The notes beneath the pieces were generated by a model. The model was not told where the DNA came from. It saw only the letters and a list, made by a program, of their open reading frames with translations, and did no database searches. Of a DNA stretch of 64,000 bases, positions 26,589-39,241 are shown piece by piece. The stretch comes from Phyllobates terribilis. Its lineage: Eukaryota. Each line of letters starts with the position of its first letter. The stretch's first letter is position 1. The position numbers and the translations under genes are program-made. The DNA is taken from positions 293,632,001 to 293,696,000 of the forward strand of contig NW_027362771.1 in assembly GCF_046119375.1 (NCBI RefSeq), written 5' to 3'.

Positions 26589-28899
26589 TACCCTTGTTCC
26601 AGTAAACCGTCCAGGCCACAGGTATAGAGAAAGAGCAGCACATCCAAGGAATAAATAATCTTTATTGCACAACAAAAAAAAAAAAACCCAATGGAAAAGT
26701 TTCACATGATAGCCATGAAAGACTGACGCGTTTCTGGCGTAACAATAGGGCCCTTACGCACTGTTTTTATTGATACCAATTTGGAGTACATAGGATGTTT
26801 TGGTTACTTCGTATTGCAATGCGAGAATGAAAAATATAAATCGTACTCTTCAGTGTTTATCATATGGGTTAATGTTATATTTTTATTAGGTTGGACTTTT
26901 ACAGACATGCCAATACCAAATAGATTTTAATTTTATTTTTAAGGAAAGGGGGGCAATATGAATTTTTATATACATTTTCTTTAAAAACGTATTTTATTAT
27001 TTTTTTTTACAGCTCCCTAAAGGGGTTTAGACATGCAATTGTTGACAGTACAAGCGAAGGTATTGCAGTGTATAGGAAACATATTTTTTTTTTTCCTATG
27101 GAGCTCAGTCAGTATAAAATCTCAGCAGCAAAGACGAGGGCCTTCAGCAGGTTCCCAGCGACCATAACATCCCATCGGTTCCCTGCAATCACATCGCATG
27201 GGAAGGGGGAGGGGGGGCGGGAATAGGAGCTGGTGCATGCATGCTCTGGCAACCACTCTATTAAAAAAAAAAAAAAAAAAAAAAAAAGGGCTGTCAGCAC
27301 AGAATGACTGCTGAACCAACTACAGGCACTCGGTGCTGCATGGCAGGGCCATTTATTTATACACATCTTACCACCGGTCTCCTCCCTTTCCTGGGTCTAT
27401 GAAGCCAGAGAAGTCAATCAAAAAAAGAGGGGGAGGGTGAAGAGCGAGCGGAAAAGGGGAAAGCAAGCCAGGAAGGTCTATTTAAATGCTTAGCCCCGCC
27501 CTGATGCACCGAGCACCTGTAGATGCCACTGTGAGATCCTGACATCAGCATCTAAATGATTACCAGCCTGACCTCAGCTGTTAGACACAGATACCGGCTA
27601 TGTAATATAGTGTGTGTGGAGGGAACTGAACTCCTGGGCTTCCCCCACACTTACAGCCTCTTCCCAGAAACTTTATTCAAGTCCTAATGCAGGAAGGGGC
27701 TCTCTTATTTATCCCTCATTCAGACTGCTTTTCACCAGTGTTTGATCAGTGTGTATCAGCAATTCAAATGACAAAAAAAATCCCCACGCGGCAGCTATAT
27801 GAATAGCATCATACGCTTTTTTTTTTTCTTCTATTACAACATCCATCAAATACAAATGACACATTGAACCTGTCCTGTATTTGTCAGAAATCTGAAACTG
27901 CATGCATTATTAATTAGATCGATGAGGCTGATGTACTTCTTTTGAAAATTTACGCAAGAAAAATTATTATTATTATTATTTTTTTTTTTTTAATTCCTTG
28001 GACTCTTCGTGCTCATATCAGGATTGTATAGCTATTCTAACAAGCTTTCTAAGTAAAATCAGCCTCATAAGGTGTAAGAGTACCTTAGCTGAAAAGCAGA
28101 TTTGTCACCAGGTTTCGCAATATAAACTATGTACATTAGGTTCCCACGATGAGCTTTTGACGCTGTGCAAAGCAAACACAGCGTCTTATAATTTTGGCAA
28201 AGTGGAACAGATTTATAGAAATTTTTTTTTGTAAAAAAACAAAAAAAAAAACATACAGCGAAAACTGACCTGCGGTGCCTGTTTGAAATCCACAACATGT
28301 AAATTCCTCTTACAAGTTTGCTGAGCTCTATGTGCAGATTTTCCCTAAATTGCAATAGATACGGAAACTGCTAGGACCAAGACATAGTACTCTGCATGGC
28401 TAGATGAAAGCAAAGAGCCACATTCATCAACATGAACCGTCGCCTGTGAGATCTCCATATACCATATTCTATGGCATACCCAGCTCGGCTACCAGTGGTT
28501 GACGCAGACCTGACCCATTTCTTTGCCACCCCTACTGAGGCTGATGACTGACCAAGAGACGGAAGGTGAAGCACTAGAATCTGGTAACCATAACTACATA
28601 GTCTGGTTTTCTACGTTTTTTTTTTCCCAAAAGTAATTTTGATGGATTACTTGGATTTTAGTCCTCCCCAGCCCATTTACTCTGTCCAGGAAGGACTTCA
28701 CTGCCAATCTTTTCCAGCTGGATATACAATCCGGGCAGTGATGGCTTCGATGCAACCATATGGACTCCTCTAATGCTTGTGCCACAAGAACGGGACTTTT
28801 GTTGTTAAGTGATTGATCAGATTTGTGACTTTACATTCAACTTTTGTGCAACAGAGCTTCTGTTGAGGCTGACCTGTTTAATGTTGTATAGGTCTCTTG

Positions 28900-31040
28900 C
28901 ATTGATGAGTGCTCCGCTTTGATCATTGCTACTATATTTAAAAATAAATAGATAAATAAATAATCCTCTTGGGAGGAGGCGTTAGCCTTACAATGTAGGT
29001 CACTAAAGGCTGCCTTTGCGGCTGACCCCTCTGACACAAATAAACACAGGTGACTCCAGACTGGAAGACAATACCTACAACTTTTAAACAGGCAAAGTGG
29101 GTAGACATCTATTCTTTACCAGACAATCCTTTTTTTGATCTTGGCAATCAGACTGGGTGTCTGCTAGCACTTATAGTTAACTGTAAAGGCCCAGTCACAC
29201 TTAGCGACGCTGCAACGATCCTGACAACGATACGACCTGTCAGGGATCGTTGCAGCGTCGCTATGTGGTCGCTGGTGAGCTGTCAAACAGGCAGGCTCAC
29301 CAACGATCAGGGGAGCAGCGACATCGTGGAAAGAATCTTTCCACGATGTCCTGCTCCTGGTTACGAGCCTGCTGAAGCAGGAGCAGGCTGGTAACCATGA
29401 TAAACATCGGGTTACTAGGGGCACACGCGCTCCTAGTAACCCGTTGTTTATCATGGTTACCACTCTGCTACAGTGAGCGGGAGGTTACCGCTCACTTTAG
29501 CAGGCTCGTAACCATGATAAACAACGGGTTACTAGGTGCGCGTGTGCCCCTAGTAACCCGATGTTTATCATGGTTACCAGCCTGATCGCTGCTCCCGCTG
29601 GTCACACACAGCGATGGCAACGACCAAAAAAAGGTCCAGGACATTCTGCAGCGATCTCACAGCAGGGGCCTGATCGCTGCAAAGTGTCACACAGAGACAT
29701 CGCTGGTGAGGTCGCTGTTGCGTCACCAAAACCGTGACACAGCAGCGATCTCGCTATGTGAGACGGGGGCTTTATACTGACTCTCCTCCGTTCCTTTGAA
29801 TTTGTGATCCTGGGTGAGGGAGGTGTCCGATTCGGTCTGCATTTTCTGACTTCTACCAGAACCTGTACTCCACTCGGGCTGACTACTCAGAGGAGACTAT
29901 TAGAATATCTGGATGGTATAAATCTCCAAGATCCTCGGAGAGGAGACTGCTGTGGTCCTAGAGACTCCCATTACTGAAGAAAAATAGCAAACGGAAAGGG
30001 CTAGAGGTATGGCACGAGGGAAGTCTCCAGGTTCAAGTGGACTCCCTATGGAAGTCTAAATAAAGATAACTAGACCAACTGGCTCCTCATCTTCTTACAG
30101 TTTATAATTCCTCACTGGAACAAGGTTTTCTATGATGACACTATCATGGTAATACTAAAATCAGATAAGCGTCACAAAGATTGTGCATCATATAGACCCA
30201 TATCCTTAATAAATTTAGATTATAAAATATTGTCCAAAATTCTAGTTAATAGACTAAAAGTAATTCACAAAATTATTCACCCAGACCAGTGAGGATTTAT
30301 TCTGGGCCGGTCTACATTCAATAATATAAGGAGAGCCTAGGTAATTGCACAGTTGGGTTGGAAAGATCAGGAAGATTGCGCCTCGGCATCTCTGGATGCT
30401 GCCAAGGCATTTGATTCAGTCAAGTGGGCATACCTTGAGAATGTCCTTTGACAATTTGGCTTTGGACACGGGTTCAGAAGATGGATTGCAGTCTTGTATC
30501 GATCTCGGAGACCCAAGGTCCGGAATAACGGTTTTAGGTCCTCATCAACTCCCTTGGGGAGAAGGACTAGACAGGGGTGCCCTCTGTCCTCTCCTTTTGT
30601 TTGCCATTTCCTCGGAAGACTCTGCTGGTGCGGCACTCCCAGACTTCTTATACTACTTTGCTTTCTACAACACCGGATAACAGATTTCATTTGCCTAATT
30701 CGGACCACCACCTTGAGCACTGTTTGAGCCTTCAGAGTCTGAGGAGGCACCACAGCAATACTCCCGATCCTTATTGCAAATTCACAGACTTTCGGGTCAA
30801 ATGTGGAGGGCCACCAAAAAGATTTTTCAATTCAAGGACACACATTCTACATTCACCAAGATGCTCAGTTTTGGTCGAACTTTGGGGTCAAGACACTATT
30901 GCAGGTATACATCCAGGGTGTTCTTGTTACCTTTGATTAATGTCAACAGGTTTATCAAGTCCCCAGACATACTTTCATTAGGTATCTGCAACTAAGGCAT
31001 GCCCTAAATACCCAGTTTCCAGACATTAGAAATATTCTCA
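28900..31040 (+). mobile_element. Decayed L1-clade ORF2 (reverse transcriptase) with internal deletions, split by a MITE at 29187-29771
   Basis: Translated pieces in L1 order: FFDLGNQTGCLLA, RGKSPGSSGLPME, SYRPISLINLDYKILSKILVNRL, HPDQ*GFI, LDAAKAFDSV, RQGCPLS, GAALPDFLYY. Confidence 0.8.
29187..29771. mobile_element. PIF/Harbinger-like MITE with nested hairpins (copy 1 of 3)
   Basis: TIR AGGCCC(A/C)GTCACAC with TAA/TTA flanks; closely similar to 37337-37949 and 45278-45890. Confidence 0.88.
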
Positions 31041-31263
31041 TACCAACTGATAGGGATTCAAAGGAGCCAGGGACCCAATGTGTTGATCTCCTATTCAACC
31101 AGGGCTGTGGAGTCGGTAAGACAAACCACGGACTCAAGACTCCTCAATTTCCCTGACTTCCGACTCCAACTCTGAGTAATCCACACATGATGGTTTCAAT
31201 AGTTTTGTCAAAGCCAAATACAAGGACGTATCAAAAACAAAGCAGCTTTATTCAACATATGAC

Positions 31264-32679
31264 TAGTGTTGAGCGATACCTTCCGATATCGGGAAATATC
31301 AGATTGGATCGGACCGATACCCAAAAAAATATCGGATATCGCAGATTCCGATACTGGAAACCAATGCAAGTCAATGGGACACGGCAAGCGCAGGAGAATT
31401 TTCCCACGCTGTCAGTGACGTGCATGAGGTGAGCTGAGTTCATTGGACATGAACTCGGCTCATCTGGATGCCGTCACATCCAGAAACTGAGGAGCGCAAG
31501 CATGCCTGCGCTTCTCAGTGTCTAAGGCATGGCAAGCTGGATGGCAGCTTTCGGGTGCGATCCAGCCTGTCATGTGAATGTAGCAGAGCTGGAGACGTCC
31601 TGGAAACCATGGAAAGGTAAGGATGAGGTTGCTTTATTATTTTAGTTTTGTTGCAGAATACATTGGCTTCAGCTGGAATGGGCGTGATGGTAAGTATGGT
31701 TTAATTTAGAACAATAAAGAATTGTGTCTTTATTTCAATTAAAGGACTTTATTCTGGGCGTTTGTGTTTTTTTAACTTTGACTATGGGGTTAGTAATGGG
31801 GGTGTCTTATAGACGCCTCTCCATTACTAACCTGGGCTTGATGTCAGCTGGCATAAGCTGACATCAACCCCAGCCCTATTACCCCACTGCCACTGCTACA
31901 GGGCAGTGGGAAGAGCGAGGCTAAGTGCCAGAATTGGCGCATCCTATGGATGCGCCATTTCTGGGGCGGCTGACGGCTGGTGTTTCTAGCCTGGGAGGGG
32001 GCCAATATTCATGGCACCCTTCCTGGGCTATTAATATCAGCCCCCAGCTGTCTGCCTAGCCTTTGCTAGCTATTAAAATAGGGGGGACCGTATGTCTTCT
32101 TTTTGGGGTCCCCCATTTTAATAGCTAGTAAAGGCTAGGTATTCAGCTGGGGGCTGATATTAGTAGCCTGGGAAGCTCCGTGGGTATTACCCCCTTCCCA
32201 GGCTTCAAACATCTGCCCCAGCCGTCTGCTTAACCTCCGCTAGAGACTAAAATTACAGGGAACCCCATGCCAATTTTTTTTTTTTTTTATTATTATTTAT
32301 TTATTTTTTTTTAAGAAATCCTTTATTTTAACACTAAATGACAAGTACAGTAATCAACACTGTCACTGTACTTCTTATATATGTGACTGACATGTTTCTA
32401 TCTATCTAATCTATGTGTGAAGCTCTATTCTTTCTGTTGTAAATTGTCGGGTACCGGTGTATGCCGCTGCTGAATTGCCGGCTTTTCATGTAATACATTC
32501 TACATTATTCTTAGCCATCCAGCTTGTCATCCTTCAGAGACACTGCAGAGCACAGGCATTATGGGAACTTCCGATTCCGGTATTCGATATTCTAAAAGTA
32601 TCGGAACTCAGTATCGGAACTCCGATACCGCGAATATCGGTCGATACCAGATATTTCAGTATCTGAAAGCTCAACACTA
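31264..32679. mobile_element. hAT non-autonomous element, 1416 bp
   Basis: TIR TAGTGTTGAGC / GCTCAACACTA, a perfect 8-bp TSD CATATGAC (31256-31263 and 32680-32687), and subterminal CCGATA(C/T)C repeats. Confidence 0.92.
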
Positions 32680-33451
32680 CATATGACATATCAACAAAAG
32701 AGCAGAACTGCAATATTACAAATGCCAGAAAATCTGAAACCTCAAAATGCACCAAATACCCTTAGGATACACTCCCATTGGGAGTATGTCTACACGTTCA
32801 GTATTTGATTGCAAAAATTTCTGCATCTCTTGGCAGGAAAAATGCAGCGGCAAACACTAACGTTTGACACATTTTTGGTCAAGATTTTTCCCCATTCATT
32901 AGTATGAGTGAAATCTGCAGCAAAACCGCTGAAAGAACTGACATGCTCCAGATTTTAATCTGCATCAAATATACAAGGAAAAAAAAGCAACATGTGATGA
33001 GACTTCAGGCATCTCATTCACTTTGCTGGCAGAAGAAAAAAAAAAAAAAAAAGGGGTGACAAATCTGCAATGTGTGCACAGACCCTAAAAGGTTTTCTGG
33101 GTTCAGAAAATCCCTGTCCCACAGCTGCAAACCCACTGTTTTACTGAACCTCTCTGGGACCAGAACTTGGGCTCCACCACTACTGTCGGTGTCTGTTATT
33201 GTCCAGAAAGCTGACATGTTGACTGTGCTCCAATAACTCAGCTCAACAGCTCTGCCCCAGTTGGTGGTATTAGCCACTGAGCTCCATTATTGGCTGCAGA
33301 GCTGTCAACATGTCAGCGTGCCAGACAATGTCAGACACCAGGAGCAGCTGCAGAGACTCAGCCCTGGACCAGTAGAGGGTTAAAAACACACAACGTGAAT
33401 TTTTAAAAATTAACTGCAGCCAGAAGTTTTCAAGGAGAAAAACCCTTTAAA

Positions 33452-33855
33452 AGGGAATCGGTCAGCAGATTTTTTGCTACGTAATCTGAGGACAGCATGA
33501 GGTCGGGGGTTGAAACACTTAATTCAGCTATGTGTCACTTATCAGGCTGTGGGCTGTTTATCTACAATGAAGGTTTTATCACTAGGACATCATCATTGCT
33601 GTGACTAGCTGTCTGACTCCACCCCCACCTGTGATAAGCAGCTCACTGTCAACAGACAATGTACATAGAGAGCCTCTCAATGTACATAGAGAGCCATAGA
33701 GATGTATCACAGCTTTCTCCGCTGTGCTACATCTAACAACTCTGTGGCAGAACAGCTGCACCCAATAAACTAAGTGATAAAACGCTGGAATCAAGGTCTC
33801 TGCATCTACATTATACTGCTCTCAGATGTGGCAAAAAATGGATGACAGATTCCCT
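33452..33855. mobile_element. Kolobok/T2-like MITE
   Basis: AGGGAATCGGTCAGCAG ... ATGACAGATTCCCT, next to TTAA-like flanks. Confidence 0.65.
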
Positions 33856-34048
33856 TTAGGAAATGGTTTCAGATTTCCAGTGAATAAAATCAAATCAATG
33901 GGAATCTGAAATCACAGGCTCAACCAATGATCTTTCACATGTATCTGATGGATCAGAAGTTGACCAATCGCCAGGTTTACATCACCAAAATGTGTTGGTC
34001 TGTCAGATAAAGTAACAGAAGGAAAATTATTGGAAAAGATCACAATAC

Positions 34049-34291
34049 CTTCTTGTGAAGAGACGATAAGTGGCAAGTAGTCCGGTATGTATTCCTTCCG
34101 GTCCTCAACATCTTTGCTTCCAGGAGCAGGAAACTGCAGCACATTATTCTTGCTAACCGGGAAGGACGGGATCTGATGTGGGAAGGTGACTGGTTCAATA
34201 TTATGAATATAGTCTTCCAGTTCATGGAGATTCACCCCCATCAGTTTAAAGGCTTGTCCTACATCGTCCAGGACAGGGTCCGTACGTCCGT
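34049..34291 (-). CDS. TAF3: TAF3 (TFIID subunit 3) coding exon 2, 243 nt
   Basis: ttctag|AC GGA CGT ACG GAC ... CAA GAA G|gtattg encodes (Y)GRTDPVLDDVGQAFKLMGVNLHELEDYIHNIEPVTFPHQIPSFPVSKNNVLQFPAPGSKDVEDRKEYIPDYLPLIVSSQE, which is vertebrate TAF3. The phase matches exon 1. Confidence 0.97.
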
Positions 34292-35281
34292 CTAGAATAC
34301 AAAAAAGACAAAGCACCACAATAAAAAAAAAATAAACAAATCAGATACTTGGGATGTAGCAGTACATATTTCAACTAAGTATTACATGGGGAAACCAATG
34401 AGATGACATAAGAAAAATAGTGAAAAAAATCATTAACAGAGTTTCTGTATGAAAGAGACAAATCATTTACAAAAAGGAGGAGCATAGCACTAAACTGAAT
34501 GATCCCACCCCTGCACTTCAGGGGCCCGGCCCCTAGGGATCAAAACTGCTTACATGTCAAGTGAAAGGTGCACTTTAGGGGGCGAATAAAAGATTAAAGC
34601 AAGTCAGATGGGTTAATTACAGTCACATGAAGCCTCTGGGGTAATACATGCAAAAGTTTACAAAGCGGGCACACCATATTCTGGCAGGGGCATCACCCAG
34701 TGTAACTATGCAGAACCAATCCCTCACTGGTTAGCCACTAGGAGTGCTGAAATACTACAGCAGATACATGGTTTGTGAGCCCAGTGGATTCTTTAGGAGA
34801 GCACTTTCCTGGCCCTCTGCAGTGACTGACAGGTTGCTGGACATGTGTATAGGAAGCAGTCTAACAGTCACGCAGAGAGGTGCGAGGGAGAGTGGGGAGG
34901 CAGGAGAGAAGGTGCGAGAGCGCTCCTAACAAATACACAAGAGTGAGTCGAGAGTATTCTTCACATTCCTAGTAGCCAAATGGCACCACACGTATTTTTG
35001 TGCCGCTTGACCTACTAGAAGTATGGAGCTGCAGAATGTGGTGTCCCATAGCCATAGACCAATATATAAAGCTGACATCTGCCTGCCGCAATAAAAAGCA
35101 ATTGCGACAAATAGATGTTGCCCTTGTTTGTTACACCATGAACCCCCCCTCCCCTCATCCAACATACAGGAGAGTTCTCGTAGCACCCAGGGGCCAACTA
35201 TATCGTCCCCCTTGTTTGCAGTAAGTGAACTAGAGCCCTTAAAACATCAATCACTGGCCAAAAAATGCAGCCTAAGGAAAT

Positions 35282-35282
35282 G

Positions 35283-35316
<34 letters not shown>
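35282..35316. repeat. (GC)4(AC)n microsatellite, potentially Z-DNA forming
   Basis: GCGCGCGC followed by ACACAC..., an uninterrupted alternating purine/pyrimidine tract. Confidence 0.95.
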
Positions 35317-35710
35317 GTGTGCAGAAAATCCTCAGTGTATTACATTAACAGCAAGAAGGATGAGATTTCACTAAGCCATAACCACATGATGTAGAAATCT
35401 GTATGGAAATCAATACAGAAAATTTTAACCTCTTCCCGCAGCGGCTATTTTTTGCATTCTCATTATTTTCTCTCATCTTCAAAGAGCGATAAAAAAAAAA
35501 ATAAAAAGTTGCCATAGCTGAATGAGGGCTTGGTTTTTGAAGTATGAGTTTTACTTTTCAATGACTCCATCTATTTTACCATATAATGTACTGAAAAACA
35601 GGGAAAAGCTCCAAGTGAACTGAAATTGTGGAAAAAAACTTTTTTTTTTTTTTAAGGTTTTGCTTTTATAACTAAATCAGATAATCGGATTCTCCGGGGC
35701 AGAACAATTA

Positions 35711-36693
35711 CAGTTATATGAAAAAGTTTGGGCACCCCTATTAATCTTAAGCTTAATGTTTTATAAAAATTGGTGTTTTTGCAACAGCTATTTCAGTTTG
35801 ATATATGTAATAACTGTTGGACACAGTAATGTTTCTGCCTTGAAATGAGGTTTATTGTACTAACAGAAAATGTGCAATCAGCATTCAAACAAAATTTGAC
35901 AGGTGCATAAGTATAGGCACCCTTATCATTTTCTTGTTTTAAATACTCTTACCTACTTTTTACTGACTTGCTAAAGCACTTTTTTTGGTTTTGTAACCTC
36001 ATTGAGCTTTGAACTTCATAGCCAGGTGTATGCAATCATGAGAAAAGCTACTTAAAGTGGCCACTTGCAAGTTGTTCTCCTGTTTGAATCTCCTCTGAAG
36101 AGTGGCATCATGGGCTCCTCAATACAACTGTCAAATGATCTGAAAACAAAGATTATTCAACATATTTGTTCAGGGGAAGGATACAAAAAGCTGTCTCAGA
36201 GATTTATCCTGTCAGTTTCCACTGTGAGGAACATAGTAAGGAAATGGAAGAACACAGGGACAGTTCTTGTTAAGGCCAGAAGTGGCAGGCCAAGAAAAAC
36301 ATCAGAAAGGCAGAGAAGAAGAATGGTGAGATCAGTCAAGGACAATCCTCAGACCACCTCCAGAGAGCTGCAGCATCAACTTGCTGCAGATGGTGTCACT
36401 GTGCATCGGTCAACTATACAACGCACTTTGCACAAGGAGAAGCTGTATGGGAGAGTGATGCGAAAGAAGCAGTTTCTGCAAGCACGCCACAAACAGAGTC
36501 GGCTGAGGTATGCAAAAGCACATTTGGAGAAGCCAATTTCTTTTTGGAAGAAGGTCCTGTGGACTGATGAAACCAAGATTGAGTTGTTTGGTCATACATA
36601 TATCAAACTGAAATAGCTGTTGCAAAAACACCAATTTTTATAAAACATTAAGCTTAAGATTAATAGGGGTGCACAAACTTTTTCATATAACTG
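35711..36693 (+). mobile_element. Young, internally deleted Tc1-family transposon (983 bp)
   Basis: TA flanks on both sides and about 97 bp of terminal inverted repeat with one mismatch. Confidence 0.95.
36110..36616 (+). CDS. Truncated Tc1 transposase, 168 aa: intact DNA-binding region, catalytic domain cut after the first Asp
   Basis: The ORF is uninterrupted: MGSSIQLSNDLKTK...GEGYKKLSQRF...SGRPRK...VLWTDETKIELFGHT, then runs into the TIR (YIKLK*). Confidence 0.85.
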   Translation: MGSSIQLSNDLKTKIIQHICSGEGYKKLSQRFILSVSTVRNIVRKWKNTGTVLVKARSGRPRKTSERQRRRMVRSVKDNPQTTSRELQHQLAADGVTVHRSTIQRTLHKEKLYGRVMRKKQFLQARHKQSRLRYAKAHLEKPISFWKKVLWTDETKIELFGHTYIKLK

Positions 36694-37336
36694 TACATTA
36701 ATACCAAACTCATGTTTTGGGGTTTTAGTGCCTTCAAAATTCTGTACTTTGTTTAAAAAATGTTTTTCTTGTGTTACCATTTTTTAAACCCCCGGCTTTT
36801 TTTATTTTTCCATCAAAGAAGTTATGAGGCTTATTTTTTGTGCACTGAACTGTAGTTTTTAATGGCGCTCTGAATGCTTTTTGTTGCATCAAGAGCATAT
36901 TGTAAACAAACTGCAGTTTTGGTCTTTAGATTTTTTTCCATTTAAAATCATAACTAATGGGTTAAAAAAAATATAGATTTTCATAAATCTGATTGATATA
37001 TGTGACAATACCAAAAGGTTTATTTATCTTTGATTTATTTTATTTATTTTTTATTTTATACTGTTTAGTCCCCATGGGACTCTAACCTTCGATCATGTAA
37101 TAGTTTATACTAATACATACTGCAATGCTTCCATAATGTTGTATATATAGTATATCGTATTAATCATGGTCTATTATGGCACCCAGTCTATGGCTGCGCT
37201 TCACAGGAGGCCTAAATTAGCAGTGACGGAGAGGGGGGCTTCAGCAAGTCCAGGGCTGCCATAAAAACCCACCAGGAGTCCATCATCGCATTGCGTGGCA
37301 GGAGCATGCACCTTTAATGATGCACACAGGGGGTTA

Positions 37337-37949
37337 AGGCCCCGTCACACTTAGCGACGCTGCAGCGATCTCGACAACGATACGACCTGTCAGGGATCGT
37401 TGCTGCGTCGCTATGTGATCGCTGGTGAGCTGTCAAACAGGCAGGCTCACCAACGATCAGGGGAGCAGCGACATTGTGGAAAGAATCTTTCCACGATGTC
37501 CTGCTCCTGGTTACCAGCCTGCTGAAGCAGGAGCAGGCTGGTAACCATGATAAACAGCGGGTTACTAGGGGCACACGCGCACTTAGTAACCCGCTGTTTA
37601 TCATGGTTACCACTCTGCTACGGTGAGTGGGAGGTTACCGCTCACTTTAGCAGGCTGGTAACCATGATAAACAGCGGGTTACTAAGTGTGCGTGTGCCCC
37701 TAGTAACCCGATGTTTATCATGGTTACCAGCCTGATCTCTGCTCCCGCTGGTCACACACAGCGATGTGTGTTGACCAGCGGGAGGGCAACGACCAAAAAA
37801 TGGTCCAGGACACTTTGCAGCGATCAGCAACCTCACAGCAGGGGCCTGATCGCTGCAAAGTGTCACACATAGCGACATCGCTGGTGAGGTCGCTGTTGCG
37901 TCACCAAAACCGTGACACAGCAGCGATCTCGCCATGTGTGACGGGGGCT
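37337..37949. mobile_element. PIF/Harbinger-like MITE with nested hairpins (copy 2 of 3)
   Basis: TTA|AGGCCCCGTCACAC ... GTGTGACGGGGGCT|TTA, a 3-bp TSD. Confidence 0.9.
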
Positions 37950-38876
37950 TTAAACAGCAAGAAATGGCGCTTGCTTCGCTCATTACTGTTAGATGCATAT
38001 GCCTGATGTGTAACAAATGGTACAGCTGACTCCTTAGTCTGCTCCATACCATAACGGTAGGTCATGTCCTGGGAAGGGGTTCAGGAGGCAAGCAAGTCAT
38101 AGAAAGTGAGCATCAGCCACCAGAGCTTATTGTAAATTAACGGGGACATTACCAGTGTGAGACATGTAATGACCGACCGTCTGCTCTCTTGATCTATATG
38201 TCTCACATTGATAACACCTCCTTTCATTTAAAATAAGCTCTGGAGGAAGATCCTCAAAGATCTCTATGTCCTGCCCAAGAACATAACAGCTGATTTGTAC
38301 AGTCTTTTGCATCCTCCCCTGCCCAGGTGTGATATGATCAGACTGTGTTCCTGCAAGGTCAGACACAGCCATTACACAGTACACAGCAGGGGCACATTTA
38401 TAAGATTATCTCAGCACAGGAGCATTTTATATAAACACATCCAATTGTGGAACTTATTATTATTCCAAGATCTATTGATTAAAATTAACTTTTGTTTGTG
38501 GGAAAATCCTTACTCCTATCTCAGCAAGCACTGGCATATCACTAAATTAAGTCATCACTCAAAGGGGGTGTCTGCAAAAACCCAGCAGGACACACAAATC
38601 CTGCAGGTATTGTGCCCATGTACTAATGACCAGGAGGGTCAGTTGTTATAGGAAAAAAAAAAAAAAAAAAAGTGCTTTATTCACCCTTCTCAGTTCCAAC
38701 ACTTGGCATCTGACGCTGCACCTGGCACTGGCATAGGCTACAACACTGATGTCAAGTTGACAAAGCGGCAGACGGTCAGTGAGATTAGAGGCTCTCCCTG
38801 CTTTGACAAAAAAACAGCCACGTTCCCACGATGAGCTTTTGATGTTGCAGATTTTATGCACCCATTTAGTAAAATA

Positions 38877-39241
38877 GGCTATGTGCACACGGTCAGTAGT
38901 GGCAGTGCTTGAACGCAGTATACTTTATGCTGTGTCCAAAGTGCTGCACACAGGTGAATCCACATGTATTCATCGAACCATGTGGATTCATTGCAGCCTA
39001 TACATTGCACTGTATATAATTTCTCTCGTGGAGACTAGCGCCTCCGCAAGAGAAATTGACATGCTGCGGTCAGTAAATACACGCCACATGTCAGTGTCTG
39101 CAGGTGCACGGAGACGCATAGTGAGCATGGGATTTCTACAAATCCATCCACTATGCTGTAACATCTGACCGCTGCAGATTGTACATAGGGCAAGTGTGCT
39201 GCGTCCAATCCGCAGCCATTACTGATCGTGTGCACGAACCC
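38877..39241. mobile_element. PIF/Harbinger-like MITE
   Basis: GGCTATGTGCACACGGTCAG ... CTGATCGTGTGCACGAACCC|TTA; same family as 24261-24605. Confidence 0.75.

Larger units (their letters stand above)
35429..37333 (-). mobile_element. piggyBac-like AT-rich non-autonomous element hosting the Tc1 at 35711-36693
   Basis: TTAA|CCTCTTCCC ... CAGGGGG|TTAA. The interior matches the reverse complement of the 12700-13309 and 62900-63500 blocks. Confidence 0.55.

Noticed and set aside
26690-26860. Possible Penelope-type terminus or hammerhead ribozyme (minus strand GAAACGCGTCAG followed by AATAAA)
   Set aside because: No CUGANGA core is positioned to close stem II; the nearest CTGAAGA (26853-26847) is about 110 nt away inside another element. 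At most a decayed relic.
29164-29585. Recurrent ORFs MVTMIN.GLL... (also at 37314-37735 and 45488-45676) appearing on both strands
   Set aside because: They are translations of a palindromic multi-copy MITE with no recognisable domain.
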